In this document: positions 17,201 to 27,423 of the stretch, piece after piece
How the letters are laid out: each line of letters begins with the position of its first letter
How positions within the stretch are numbered: the first letter of the stretch is position 1
DNA from: Candidatus Poribacteria bacterium
GTDB lineage: Bacteria; Poribacteria; WGA-4E; PCPOR2b
Direction: 5' to 3'
Assembly (NCBI GenBank): GCA_965208325.1
Contig: OZ242326.1
Location: forward strand, 896,001 to 960,000
DNA length: 64,000 nucleotides
Position numbers and translations under genes: made by a program
The notes under the pieces: model-generated
What the model saw: only the letters and a program-made list of their open reading frames with translations
The model's database searches: none
What the model was told of the DNA's origin: nothing

Positions 17201-19306
17201 TCACGCATTCTGAGCATCATCATCTTCCATCTTCTTTACCAACCGGTCAATCCTTTGAAACTGCCACGTCCAGCGGACATTGTAGAGAAATTGCCTGAGG
17301 TCAAATCGATTGTCATCAGGCGAATAGGATTCGGCATGATATGAAGGCGTCAACGTTGTCATCTTATGGCGGTTGAGTGAATAGTGGTAGAAAAAATACC
17401 TGACCTTTGCAGCCACTTCCTGGCGCGAAAGATGATGCCACTCATGAACCAATTTCTCAAACATGTTTACTGGCCCGCACCGATCTATTTTGCGGAGCCT
17501 TCCGAACCGGCTAAGTTCCTGGTAGGTCAACCCCATATCCGCTTCGTCTTCCTGCGTATACGACTCGGTGATGGGTTCTAGCTCCGCTGTCGGCGGCGCG
17601 TCCAAAACATCGTTAAGAATCGTATACCCCAGATTTTCCGCCGCCCACCGCAAAAACCGGCGGAGATCCTCCTTGCTTATTCCCCCAATCGGATTTATGT
17701 CAGCGCTGCTGCAGTCGTATTTTGTTACGTAGCCGCGCAGGCTCTCATCCACATTCGCCGTTCCCAGCACCAGCAATACCCCGCGTTTGCCGCGCACCCA
17801 CGGCAACAGTTGCGCCAATAGGTAGGAAAATACCATGCGAAGGCGTGCTTGGATGTTCTGCAGAGCGGTGTTTTCCGATGCCGTGCCGCCGTCCACCTTG
17901 AACCGCGGAGTTTTCTGGGTCAGCTTTATAAAGAGGGAGAGCATTGCAGCGACGACGGAATCAATATTGACATTCAGGTGGTACGCCCCAATCTGATCCG
18001 CCAACTCTTTTGCACGCGTGCGTGTCACCTTTGAGCTGTTCACAGTCGCCAGATAGCATGTGTGGAGAATTCGGTTGGCGAATTCACGCGCATCGGTCGG
18101 CAGATAGCCGCCCGCCTCGTCTTCTCCGGCGATGCGGCGAGCGTCTCGGATGACCGCACGATTCCCCGCCTTTGCTTCTTTGGCTACCATTTGGCACATC
18201 GATCCGACCAAGGTAGCAACCGTGGAACTATCCGCTCCCCCCGAGATTGGCAGGAAATACCCCGCTGCACCGGAGCGCCTCAGATAATCCCATAGCCAGC
18301 ATGCCGGGCCGTAAGCAATTTCGCCTTCCGGTGTGTGATAGCGAATCTCTATCGGCGGGGACGGCGCAAGTCCATAATCCTCGGCGGTAAGGTCGAAATC
18401 CACAGCAACTCTGGGAACCAATTCCGATTGGCTCGCCTGCACGCCGCGGCTAGTTTTCGCCCCGCGATACGAGCGGACATCTTCCAAATCGAGCGTGGCG
18501 GTTAACACTTCGATGTCGTTTAGCGAAAACTGTGTTCCTTGCGCCACAATCTCGCCGTTAACGGCTATCATGGCACAGCCGTCGAAGTAAAGACGTCCCC
18601 CATCGCAGCCTTGCTGGTTTGCATAGAGGTAGATCCCGCCGGCTTTTGACGTGGCGTTGCGGATGAGATTTACGCGCTGGTCGAGTTTACGAAGTTCGTG
18701 ATGCGATCCCGATGCGTTGGTGATAATCTCAACCCCGTTCAAGCTGAGGTAGATATGCGGGCTATTCGGTGCAAAAAGCCCCTCACAAGTTTCCGCCGCA
18801 AGCACAGTGTCGCGCGTCGCGACGGCGGCATCGCCGAACGGGACGGTATCCTGACCCGTGATTTCCCGAATCATGCGCGGCAGATAGAAGTCTTCTAGCG
18901 TCTTGGAATGCTGCCACGCTGCGAACCACCGCATTTCACGGTAATTTCCGTCCGCCGCGAGAATCGGCTTCGGTATAATCAGGACAATTTTTCGATCCAG
19001 CACGAGAATGCGGCAGTTGTACCGCACATTTTTGTGCATCACCGGCATCCCGATATCGCAAAGCATGCTTGTTGTCAAATCCCCACTGAGTATCTCGGCG
19101 AGGCATTCCCACGAATGAAGAAAAGTATCCTGCTCCAAAAAATGATCTTCGCATCCGTAACCGGAAATCTCTAATTCGGGACCGACGCGATACCGTGCTC
19201 CCTTTTCTTTTGCAATCTGAGTCGAGGCAACAATTCGCTCAAGATTTCCTTCGAAGTCCATCGCCCATTGATTGAGATTGCAGGTTGCGAGGGTTACTAA
19301 TTTCAT
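17201..19306 (-). CDS. nadE: Glutamine-dependent NAD+ synthetase (eukaryote-type Qns1/NADSYN1-like)
   Basis: N-terminal nitrilase-fold glutaminase ([14 protein letters not shown]), 'SGGADS' P-loop, 'QNIQARLRM', '[16 protein letters not shown]', 'PTAELEP'. Confidence 0.95.
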   Translation of the reverse strand: MKLVTLATCNLNQWAMDFEGNLERIVASTQIAKEKGARYRVGPELEISGYGCEDHFLEQDTFLHSWECLAEILSGDLTTSMLCDIGMPVMHKNVRYNCRILVLDRKIVLIIPKPILAADGNYREMRWFAAWQHSKTLEDFYLPRMIREITGQDTVPFGDAAVATRDTVLAAETCEGLFAPNSPHIYLSLNGVEIITNASGSHHELRKLDQRVNLIRNATSKAGGIYLYANQQGCDGGRLYFDGCAMIAVNGEIVAQGTQFSLNDIEVLTATLDLEDVRSYRGAKTSRGVQASQSELVPRVAVDFDLTAEDYGLAPSPPIEIRYHTPEGEIAYGPACWLWDYLRRSGAAGYFLPISGGADSSTVATLVGSMCQMVAKEAKAGNRAVIRDARRIAGEDEAGGYLPTDAREFANRILHTCYLATVNSSKVTRTRAKELADQIGAYHLNVNIDSVVAAMLSLFIKLTQKTPRFKVDGGTASENTALQNIQARLRMVFSYLLAQLLPWVRGKRGVLLVLGTANVDESLRGYVTKYDCSSADINPIGGISKEDLRRFLRWAAENLGYTILNDVLDAPPTAELEPITESYTQEDEADMGLTYQELSRFGRLRKIDRCGPVNMFEKLVHEWHHLSRQEVAAKVRYFFYHYSLNRHKMTTLTPSYHAESYSPDDNRFDLRQFLYNVRWTWQFQRIDRLVKKMEDDDAQNA

Positions 19307-19717
19307 AGTTTTTCCGTTTCGTGCCAGAGTTACAGGTCCGGTCAGAAGCCAAATGCCCTACCGCCGAGATTCCTTGTTCACTCGTACCTTTATTGCATCG
19401 TGCAAGATACGGGGGTCTGGTGTTTTATGCGAGGTTGGCGGCGTAAAACGCCACACATTTTATCATAACATCGGTTTGCATGCGAAAGATAACGGTTCGC
19501 CGCAGCGTTACTGAGGTGCTGGAAGACCGGCAAAACAGCGGCCCGCACCGTGAATTTTGGAGACAAAATTTCACAGTTTTCACAGTAAACTGAAAAAACG
19601 GGAAAACGAAATATGCCCACAAACATAGGTGAGGCGCGGGTTCAGCCGACTGTTAAGAATATGTTACTGTGAAATTTTCATAGTTTTAGTGGTTAGGTGG
19701 TTGAACGTCCAAAAGCT

Positions 19718-19817
19718 CGTATTAGGGCAATTCTTTGCCCGTTATTACACATAAAATCTGGCAGACCGAGAAAGTGAATAGCCTGCCGGACGCTCAATTG
19801 ATTGCGCGACTACGAAC
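19718..19817. repeat. Inverted pair of REP-like hairpins
   Basis: CGTATTAGGGCAATTCTTTGCCCG (19718-19741, +) and, on the minus strand, CGTAGTCGCGCAATCAATTGAGCG (~19791-19814). Confidence 0.5.
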
Positions 19818-19906
19818 CTCTACCATGGTGCGCTCAAACCGTCAACCGTTTTCCACCAGCATTCCGCGAGTAGGACGACGGAGGATTGTAGTATAAGTTG
19901 GTTTGA

Positions 19907-20410
19907 TTACTTTACGGATTCATTGAAAATTGGATCCGTTGTTCGGAATCTGAGGTTGTCTTTTGCTTTGATTTCATCGATTAAGTTTCTAACGTCTGGT
20001 TGCGTCAAAATTCCACATTCCCAAAGCGCCCGTAAGGTCTCGGCTAGGTTGACGCAGTCTATTTTGATTCTCAGACAGTGATGTTTGACTCGCCGTTCGT
20101 TGCTAACAAAGACGGCGCCTAATCGTTTGCAAATTGCCATTGTCTCGCGTTCCCCCAAACCGAGTGTCCAAGGCAAAGTTTCCATGAACTGTTGGTCTGC
20201 ATCTGTCGGTTGATACGTCACGATTCGTCCTTGCGCGTGTAATGCCATGACATTTTCTACAAAATTGAACCCCTTAACGGCGCCCGTTTGTAGTTCGCGC
20301 TCCACGGCGGAAGAAATGTTGAGTAAATCCGCATTGAAGACGGTGAACAACAGCGGCAAACGGTGAACTTTAGCAAAAATCGAAAGCACATCCGTGTCAA
20401 TGAAAACCAC
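19907..20410 (-). CDS. PIN-domain toxin (VapC/DUF3368-like)
   Basis: 'FIDTDVL', 'VEREL', 'LGLGERETMA', 'FVSNE' PIN motifs. Confidence 0.8.
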   Translation of the reverse strand: MVFIDTDVLSIFAKVHRLPLLFTVFNADLLNISSAVERELQTGAVKGFNFVENVMALHAQGRIVTYQPTDADQQFMETLPWTLGLGERETMAICKRLGAVFVSNERRVKHHCLRIKIDCVNLAETLRALWECGILTQPDVRNLIDEIKAKDNLRFRTTDPIFNESVK

Positions 20411-20412
20411 GG

Positions 20413-20763
20413 TTAAGCCCCTTCGGAATTGTCGTTTGGCTTGTGAACTTGCTTGACGACCGAAACTCCCGCCTGCAATGCGTCCACCGATTCGATTTCA
20501 ATTGTCTTTGGGATACCCTTCGCGCTCAAAGCCACGTCAAACTCAAAACGGTGGATTCCAGCCAATTCCGCTGCCCTCGCAAGCGTCACTTCACCGTGTT
20601 GATAAAGCAAAATTGCGGCATCAAGACGAGATTCTTTTTTCGTAGTGACTAATTTTTCAAGTGCATCGGTCATCAACGCATGCGAATCGGCATAAAGTCC
20701 CACATCAATCAGGGCGTTCACCTCTTCTTCAAGGGTAGGTGAGTGAATTTCAATCTGGAGCAT
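20413..20763 (-). CDS. UPF0175-family antitoxin
   Basis: 'AILLYQHGEVTLARAAELAGI..FEF...L..KGI' HTH pattern; 2 bp upstream of the PIN gene. Confidence 0.8.
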   Translation of the reverse strand: MLQIEIHSPTLEEEVNALIDVGLYADSHALMTDALEKLVTTKKESRLDAAILLYQHGEVTLARAAELAGIHRFEFDVALSAKGIPKTIEIESVDALQAGVSVVKQVHKPNDNSEGA

Positions 20764-21046
20764 GGCTTTCTTTCCTTTCGATATCGAAGTTAATTACGAA
20801 AAGTCAACCTCATCGGCGTCGAGCTTGCGGAGAAAAAGATCTTGAGATTGGTGGAGGATTCGAATTTTCAAAATCATTTTCCCAATGCGAAAAGATTGGT
20901 TCGATAAATTTAGGTACGCAAGGATTATGGACAGGGTTATACCGGTACCGCAGCGGGCGAACCATCCACTCCCATGGCGTCAACTGCTTCATCTAGCGAA
21001 ATGGTTAGGTTTGCATAATGAGGCATAATCTGAATCTCATTCACGT

Positions 21047-22000
21047 TTAATTTTGCAATTCATGCAGCAAATCTACCCAACTCAGGCGTTCTCGTGCGGG
21101 GTCTACCAGCGGTTTAAGCCGTTCGCACCACCCCTTGACGGTATTGTAAAACGCCGGGTCTGTCTCAATTCGCTCTAGGAGTTTCGCCAATGCGTACGTA
21201 TCGCCTACCGGAAAGTAGCCCGGATAATCCTCGCCGAGTAGACCGATTGATCCGGATATTTGCGACGAAATGACGGGCACCGAACAGGCGATCGCCTCGC
21301 CAACCACATTCGCGCCGCCCTCCATCTGTGAAGTCAACACGAGCGCACGGCAGCGGGCTAACCGGCGAAGTGCCTTCCACCGAGGAATTTCCCCTAACCA
21401 ACGATAGCGCGGATTGGATGCTTCCTCTGCTCTTGCGGTTATTTCCGTATCTTCGCTTAAGGCGCCGCCGATATGCACCACCTGGACTCGCGAGTGGGCG
21501 CGCAGGGAGCGGGAAGCTATCGCCGTCCGGAATGGGTCCTTCACGGGACGCAAATGTCCAATCACGCACACCTCAAAGACATCCTTTTTCGGAGAAAAGG
21601 CGCGTGGCGGTTTCTTTACGGATTGGTAAATGACGCTTGCCTTGCCTCGCAAGTGTACCGGAAGTTCATCAATTCCCATCGCTTGCAGCACGATGAACCT
21701 CGACGCTATCTCCAGCGATTCTTGAGCGTACGAATCGATATGGATATCGCTGTACAGATCTGTTCCGGTCAACGCCAGGATAAGTGGTAGGTCGGGGTAT
21801 TTTCCCCGAAAGCGTTTAATGGAAACATAACTGCGGCGTGCGTGAAGCGCGACCATCAAATCGCACCGCTCGCCGCCATACGTTTGCTGAACCAGGACAC
21901 GGTGACCAAGTTCGCGCAATATGCGAGCCCAGCGCAGCGCTGTTACACGGTTTCCTTTGCGGGAGCGCGGCGGCGCCGGGGTAATCATACAAATTTTCAT
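21047..22000 (-). CDS. senB: Selenoneine biosynthesis selenosugar synthase SenB (TIGR04348-type glycosyltransferase)
   Basis: 'ITPAPPRSRKGNRVTALRWA', 'ALHARRS', 'LTGTDLY', 'GHLRPVKDP', 'MEGGANV'. Confidence 0.88.
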   Translation of the reverse strand: MKICMITPAPPRSRKGNRVTALRWARILRELGHRVLVQQTYGGERCDLMVALHARRSYVSIKRFRGKYPDLPLILALTGTDLYSDIHIDSYAQESLEIASRFIVLQAMGIDELPVHLRGKASVIYQSVKKPPRAFSPKKDVFEVCVIGHLRPVKDPFRTAIASRSLRAHSRVQVVHIGGALSEDTEITARAEEASNPRYRWLGEIPRWKALRRLARCRALVLTSQMEGGANVVGEAIACSVPVISSQISGSIGLLGEDYPGYFPVGDTYALAKLLERIETDPAFYNTVKGWCERLKPLVDPARERLSWVDLLHELQN

Positions 22001-22085
22001 GGTGTTCTCTTCAAGAGTTCAAAGTGAAAACGGCTGAAATTTCTTTTTTATATGCGCGTATCATGGCGTTAACGGTGTCTGCGCA

Positions 22086-23399
22086 TCAGTCGCACGCACA
22101 GGTGCGAAATCCAGCCAGCACATCCCGCCGATCCGGCGTGTAGAAATTGCGCCAGGTGTTGCGCAGCATCCGGGAACGCGTTGTCCAGCACCCGCCGCGC
22201 AGCACTTTTCGAGATCCAAACCAGGGGGCGGAATACTCCTTGTACAGGTCAACCTCAAAACCCGGATAAGGGTGAAAACTGCTGCTCGTCCATTCCCATA
22301 CATTGCCAATCATTTGGCGGCAGCCGAAGCCGCTGTCCCCCTCCGGTAATGCGTTTACACTGACGCAACCCATCTGATTCCAATCCAAGTTAGCCCGCTC
22401 GGGCGTATGCGGTTCGCTGCCCCAAGGGAAGCGCCGCTTCGCCGACGAAAGCCCCTCACCGCCAAGGCGCGGTTCTGCGGCGGCGGCAACCTCCCACTCA
22501 ACCTCTGTTGGGAGCCGGCGCTTCGCCCAACGGCAGTACGCTTCAACCTCATACCAGTTGACATGGATTACGGGAAGGCGGGGTTCGAGCGGCACCCATT
22601 CGCCAAAATGCCGCCGCAACCATTCGCCATCCGTGTCGCAACGCCAGTAGACGGGATGTTGCGCCGCCTCCGAGTTACGCCAATCCCATCCGTCCGAACT
22701 CCAGAGGTCTCTTCGGCGGTAACCATCATTGTCCACAAATGCAGCGAATTCGGATTGGGTGACGGCGGTAGGCGCAATCGCAAATGGTTTGACCTCGACA
22801 GGATGCGCCCATTTTTCGTTGTCAAACACGAATTCTTCATCTTGCTCGGCGCCCAACAGGAAGGTCCCGCCGGGAATTTCAACATCGCCGGGAAGCGTGT
22901 TGTCCATCCAATCTTCATTGAAAGGGTTCACACTTTCAGAGAATTGCGGCGGACGATATCCCAACGTCTGCCGTGTATACGTGAACGCCTCGGTGTGCAT
23001 GTCTTCGTGAAAAACGGTGTAGCGGACGAGATAGATTTGCTCATGACTCAATTCGCCGCTTTCAATAGTTTCGATAACCGCATCCCGCACGTTGCGCATG
23101 TACGCCAGCGTCTCTTCCCGAGATGGAATTGACAGTGCCCAGCGAGTATCATGTTCAATCGCGATCGAATCCCAGAGTGTATCAGCGTCGTCCCGAATCG
23201 GCTTCTGTTTGCAAGCGTGCCGCAGCACCCATTTTTCTTGAAACCACGCCACATGCCCGATTTCCCACAACGGCGGATTGACGATTGGCAAGTACGGACC
23301 TATTAGCTGCTCGTCATCCAGATCGGCGGCCAAATCGAAGGTTCGCTGGCGTGCATCGTAGACCCACTCAACGAGCTGTGCCGTTATATCGCATTTCAT
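22086..23399 (-). CDS. senA: Selenoneine synthase SenA (EgtB-like DinB + FGE-sulfatase domains)
   Basis: 'NPPLWEIGHVAWFQEKW', 'HEDMHTEA' iron motif, FGE-sulfatase C-terminus 'GNVWEW...RNFY..AGFR'; adjacent to senB. Confidence 0.85.
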   Translation of the reverse strand: MKCDITAQLVEWVYDARQRTFDLAADLDDEQLIGPYLPIVNPPLWEIGHVAWFQEKWVLRHACKQKPIRDDADTLWDSIAIEHDTRWALSIPSREETLAYMRNVRDAVIETIESGELSHEQIYLVRYTVFHEDMHTEAFTYTRQTLGYRPPQFSESVNPFNEDWMDNTLPGDVEIPGGTFLLGAEQDEEFVFDNEKWAHPVEVKPFAIAPTAVTQSEFAAFVDNDGYRRRDLWSSDGWDWRNSEAAQHPVYWRCDTDGEWLRRHFGEWVPLEPRLPVIHVNWYEVEAYCRWAKRRLPTEVEWEVAAAAEPRLGGEGLSSAKRRFPWGSEPHTPERANLDWNQMGCVSVNALPEGDSGFGCRQMIGNVWEWTSSSFHPYPGFEVDLYKEYSAPWFGSRKVLRGGCWTTRSRMLRNTWRNFYTPDRRDVLAGFRTCACD

Positions 23400-23610
23400 G
23401 CCTTAACCTTTTGGCTCATGTCAAAGATTTTAAACGCAAAAAGTCTAGCACAACAGAAATAGGGATGCAACTGAATTTAGTCCGCACGGGATATAACACC
23501 CCAACGGTAGATTCGGCATAGTGACGTGGGAAAACGGTTGCGTTTCAACTTGAAACTGGGTAAAATATCGGTAAGACGTGATTTGAAATGTTAGGCTAAA
23601 ATTTTCGCAC

Positions 23611-25719
23611 ATGAATGAAGGAAAACACGAACTCAGGTTAGTTGTAATGGGCGATCTTTCACATTCGCCAGAGACATCGCCCGAATTGGATGAAGCTGTC
23701 GACGACCTTAACCGGCTGCACCCAGACATCATCATGGTCACCGGCGATTTGGACGACACCCGCCAGGGTTTCGAGGCTGTCGGCAAAACACTGCGCGCCT
23801 TCGACGGGATTGTGTTGCCCGCAATGGGTAATCATGACCTTGACTTGGAGGGTTGCGAAACAGACGAGGCAAATATTAAGTTGTTTGTTGACTCATTCGG
23901 GTTGGAAAACCACTACTATGCCTATGAACATTCAGGGTTACGGTTCATTACGCTCAGCGCAGAACGGCATCGAAGCCTTCCATGGCAGCCGCATGAGGTT
24001 TTTTTGAGCGGCGAACAACTCGACTGGTTTCGCCGAACGTTGGAAGCGCACCCTGCGACACCGACAATCGTACAGTGCCATGCGCCGGTATTCGGCACGC
24101 ATATTCCTGTCCTCCCAACGGTTCACGTCCGTTCAACGAACGCCTACATCAATCATAACCATCACCCCGAGCAGATTCTTGAACTCATCGGTCGATACCC
24201 ACAGATAATCCTGTGGTTTTCCGGACACTCTCATCTCGGTCAAGGCTATCCCAATTCAATCTGTTCCCATCACGGCGTCTATTTTGTTCACGCCGGCGTC
24301 CACGGCAACCGAGCGACACGCGATGGACGCCGACACTCTCGCGTTGTGGAAATTGAAACTGACCATATCTTGATTCGGACTTTCGATCATGCGGGTCGAG
24401 CGATTGTTCCGCTTTACGACTATGTGCTGGATGAAAGCCCTATCGGATTGATGTCGTGTTGGCAGGCTTCTACACGGGCAAGCTTTTTGTCGGGGGAATT
24501 AAAGGGATTTCACCTAGGCAATGACGGTTTATCTCTAAAGCCATTGCCGACAAGCCGCTATCTGGCGTACCTTGACGCCCCCGCATCGCATGGCATCCAT
24601 GCAATTTGCCCCACCGATAAAAAAATTTATGTTGCGACGGAAGGCGGTTATGTGTGGGAATATGACCGCACCTCGGGGTTGCCGCTCGGGGCAATCTACA
24701 TGGATAAATCTCCAACGAACATCCTAGCGACCGATACACATGTGTGGATCGGCGGCGGCGACGGGTATCTGCGACGAATTGCCGTTGATCGGCCTGAACG
24801 ATTTTTACGAAAAAATAGCACTGATGTCCATGACGGCGAAATTCCTATCAAGGGAATTATCCGCACAATGCGACTAATAGAAGGAGATCGACTGCTGGTG
24901 GGAGCGGATCGGCGGCTCTATGAGGTAAACCGTCAAACCGAGGAACTATGGCCGAAGGCGATATTCAAGACGAACATCCACGCGCTGATGTCTGATCGAG
25001 AGCGTCTCTATGTGCTCACTTCGAACGGCGAACTTGAGGTTTTCTCCATTTCCGATCTTCAACTGGAACAAACACTTCAAATCCCGCCCCAACTGCGGAA
25101 GTCGGGCTTCCCGATTGGGGTTGATTTCATCCATGTTACCGAAAGAGTTTGCTTTCTTGTTTCCAAGCATCATCGCACTATTCTTCAATGTAACTTGGAC
25201 AATATGTCGGTTGCTGATCAGTTCCGTATCCCGGGAAAAATTCGAACCACTCTGTTTGATGACCGAGAGATATACCTGTTAACCGAGACTGGACTCCTTA
25301 CCTGCCTAGACGTGAAGGGAATGACCATCAAGATGCAACGAGACCTCGAGATGGAAGCCGCTTCTACCATGGCGATAGACAGCGAATTCGTTTATGTTGC
25401 GACATCAAACTCCAATAGTGCGCGGCAGGAAGTTCAAATCATTGAACGACATGCGGACATGATCGGAAAACTCGTTTATTCTGTACGCAGCGTCGAAAAC
25501 ATTTATCCCGAATTGGAACTGGACATAGAACTGACGGAGGGCAATTTTTTCCATACCGACCTCCGTGCAAAAGTCGATGAAAAGTGGGTGAAACTGACCG
25601 ACGAGGAATTGTTGAGCAGAGAGTTTGAAATACGTATGACGCTCGGGCGCGGCCGAGCAGAGGCACTGCCGTACATCTCACGCATGAAGTTGACGGGAAA
25701 GGGAAAATTCAGCAATTGA
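23611..25719 (+). CDS. Calcineurin-like metallophosphoesterase fused to a beta-propeller-like domain
   Basis: GDL, GD, GNHD, H, GHSH motifs; C-terminal repeated beta-strand blades. Confidence 0.75.
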   Translation: MNEGKHELRLVVMGDLSHSPETSPELDEAVDDLNRLHPDIIMVTGDLDDTRQGFEAVGKTLRAFDGIVLPAMGNHDLDLEGCETDEANIKLFVDSFGLENHYYAYEHSGLRFITLSAERHRSLPWQPHEVFLSGEQLDWFRRTLEAHPATPTIVQCHAPVFGTHIPVLPTVHVRSTNAYINHNHHPEQILELIGRYPQIILWFSGHSHLGQGYPNSICSHHGVYFVHAGVHGNRATRDGRRHSRVVEIETDHILIRTFDHAGRAIVPLYDYVLDESPIGLMSCWQASTRASFLSGELKGFHLGNDGLSLKPLPTSRYLAYLDAPASHGIHAICPTDKKIYVATEGGYVWEYDRTSGLPLGAIYMDKSPTNILATDTHVWIGGGDGYLRRIAVDRPERFLRKNSTDVHDGEIPIKGIIRTMRLIEGDRLLVGADRRLYEVNRQTEELWPKAIFKTNIHALMSDRERLYVLTSNGELEVFSISDLQLEQTLQIPPQLRKSGFPIGVDFIHVTERVCFLVSKHHRTILQCNLDNMSVADQFRIPGKIRTTLFDDREIYLLTETGLLTCLDVKGMTIKMQRDLEMEAASTMAIDSEFVYVATSNSNSARQEVQIIERHADMIGKLVYSVRSVENIYPELELDIELTEGNFFHTDLRAKVDEKWVKLTDEELLSREFEIRMTLGRGRAEALPYISRMKLTGKGKFSN

Positions 25720-25729
25720 GTTGCAAAGA

Positions 25730-26293
25730 CTATTTGGATGTTAAATACATCATGTCAATCAATACGTCGAGTCCTGAAGAAATAAGGTCCAAATATTCCC
25801 CTAGTTTCTCAAGGTTTAAACCTCCGTGTTTTGAGGGTATAGCTGAAGAGGATTGTGTAACCGTCGTATGAGTTCTTTGTACTAAAAACTTTTCGAGTTC
25901 GCCGGTGTCAGGATTTGGGACGTACTCCCATACTTCCTCAATTGTCTCCGAGGGAGTTTCTGAAACTATCGTATGCGTTTTGTATACTAGTAATTTTTCG
26001 AGTTCACCGGTTTCAGGATTTGGTACGTATTTCCATTCTTCCTCAATCGTCTCAGACGGAGTTTGATTAACTATCGTATGCGATTTGAGTACTGTCAGTT
26101 TTTCGAGTCCGCCGGTGTCAGGATTAAGCACGTGCTTGGTTTCTTCCACAAATGTCTCCGATGTTAACCTAGGTAAATGCCCGGTTGATTCTATTTTGGC
26201 AGCTCCCGAACATCCTTGAAGAAGTATTAACGCGAGAACAACACATGTGCAGCAACATGTTGCTAAGACGTCACCGAATCTACCCTTTATCAT
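25730..26293 (-). CDS. Lipoprotein with three ~35-aa tandem repeats
   Basis: Lipobox LQGC; repeats '(TP)SET.EE....(P)NP(D/E)TG.LEK..V...HT.V'. Confidence 0.65.
   Translation of the reverse strand: MIKGRFGDVLATCCCTCVVLALILLQGCSGAAKIESTGHLPRLTSETFVEETKHVLNPDTGGLEKLTVLKSHTIVNQTPSETIEEEWKYVPNPETGELEKLLVYKTHTIVSETPSETIEEVWEYVPNPDTGELEKFLVQRTHTTVTQSSSAIPSKHGGLNLEKLGEYLDLISSGLDVLIDMMYLTSK
25855..26165 (-). repeat. Three ~105-bp coding tandem repeats
   Basis: Recurrent TTTTCGAGTxCxCCGGTxTCAGGATT at ~105-bp spacing. Confidence 0.85.
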
Positions 26294-26562
26294 AACAGTT
26301 CTCCATTCGTCATCAGTCATTCTAGCGCTCGGCCGAGGTATTTCGTACAGCATAGGCACAGTGGATACCATCATACTCAAAAAGTCAATTTCAGGTCAAG
26401 GGAAAAGAACATGACGTTTTATTTCTGATTCTCATGCGTTGCGTATGTTGAGTTTTCAGTTGCGTTTTTGCCTGTCGGCGTGTTATGCTTTTTCAGCCAT
26501 TTCCAATTAGCCAAAGCCGTTTCGGAAGCGTTAACTTAAAAAATTGCCGATGACTGGGGCGA

Positions 26563-27387
26563 ATGCAGGCTTTTACATCCGAAAATCCCAAGAAATTCGA
26601 CCTAGCAACAAAGATTCTCGCCAACGAACAGGCCGCCCAAGACCACTATTTGCTGCGCTGCGAATGCCCGGATATTGCAGAGCGTGCGCTTCCAGGTCAA
26701 TTCATCCATGTGTTGATTTCAGATGCGTCTGCGCTGCTGCTACGCCGCCCATTCACAATCTACTCCGTTGAAGGCGATCAGATTACAATACTCTACCAGC
26801 GTGTCGGAGCAGGCACGGACTCATTGTCACACCTCCGCCCCGGCGATTCGCTCCATGTGATGGGACCGCTTGGCAACAATTTCAGTATCCCGCCAAATTT
26901 AGATCCGGCAATTATCGTTGGAGGCGGAGCCGGGATTGCATCGTTGATGCTGCACGCGGCTGCACTGCGAAAGTTAGGTACACGCACGTTAGGGCTAGTC
27001 GGATCCATTAACGCTGCTCGGGTGTTGTCCTTAGCGGATTTAGAAGCAATCGAGGTTGAAACGCACATTTCAACAGACGATGGCAGCATTGGGCATCACG
27101 GATTTGTTACGGAAGTTCTCGCGCAGATTTTAGAACAGCCACATGTTTATGACTTGCAAAACCCGGTTATCTACGCCTGCGGCCCTTACGGAATGCTTCG
27201 TGCTGTGACCAACATTTCTCGTAAGTATCGAGTACCGATGCAACTAGCGATGGAGAACCGGATGGGGTGCGCGATGGGGGTATGCCTCGGCTGCGTGTGC
27301 AAAGTTCGCACGCCGGATGACGGGTTTGAATATCAACGGGTTTGCACTGAAGGTCCGGTGTTTGATGCGGAGGACATCGTCTGGTAA
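26563..27387 (+). CDS. pyrK: Dihydroorotate dehydrogenase electron transfer subunit
   Basis: 'LRRPFT', 'GGGAGIA', 'CGP', 'MGCAMGVCLGC...VCTEGPVF'. Confidence 0.95.
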   Translation: MQAFTSENPKKFDLATKILANEQAAQDHYLLRCECPDIAERALPGQFIHVLISDASALLLRRPFTIYSVEGDQITILYQRVGAGTDSLSHLRPGDSLHVMGPLGNNFSIPPNLDPAIIVGGGAGIASLMLHAAALRKLGTRTLGLVGSINAARVLSLADLEAIEVETHISTDDGSIGHHGFVTEVLAQILEQPHVYDLQNPVIYACGPYGMLRAVTNISRKYRVPMQLAMENRMGCAMGVCLGCVCKVRTPDDGFEYQRVCTEGPVFDAEDIVW

Positions 27388-27423
27388 ATGCTGCAACTCA
27401 TCTCCAACCACAGATGAAAAACA

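Noticed and set aside
19307..19700. NAD-responsive riboswitch upstream of nadE
   Set aside because: Some palindromes exist (TTGCATCGTGCAA) but no recognisable riboswitch consensus; an Infernal/Rfam scan would be needed.
20810..20992. 60-aa ORF or degraded antitoxin between the TA pair and senB
   Set aside because: Only a weak 'NLTISLDE' resemblance in another frame; insufficient support.
22407..23132. Long antisense ORFs (e.g. 241 aa opposite senA, 223 aa opposite yvcK)
   Set aside because: Shadow ORFs of well-supported genes with no recognisable motifs.
21047..23399. Selenocysteine recoding (in-frame UGA/SECIS) near the sen genes
   Set aside because: Both ORFs are full-length without internal UGA.
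25855..26165. ~105-bp periodic repeats as a CRISPR array or tRNA (TTCGAGTCC)
   Set aside because: The repeats are degenerate, in-frame coding repeats with no unique spacers, cas genes or cloverleaf.
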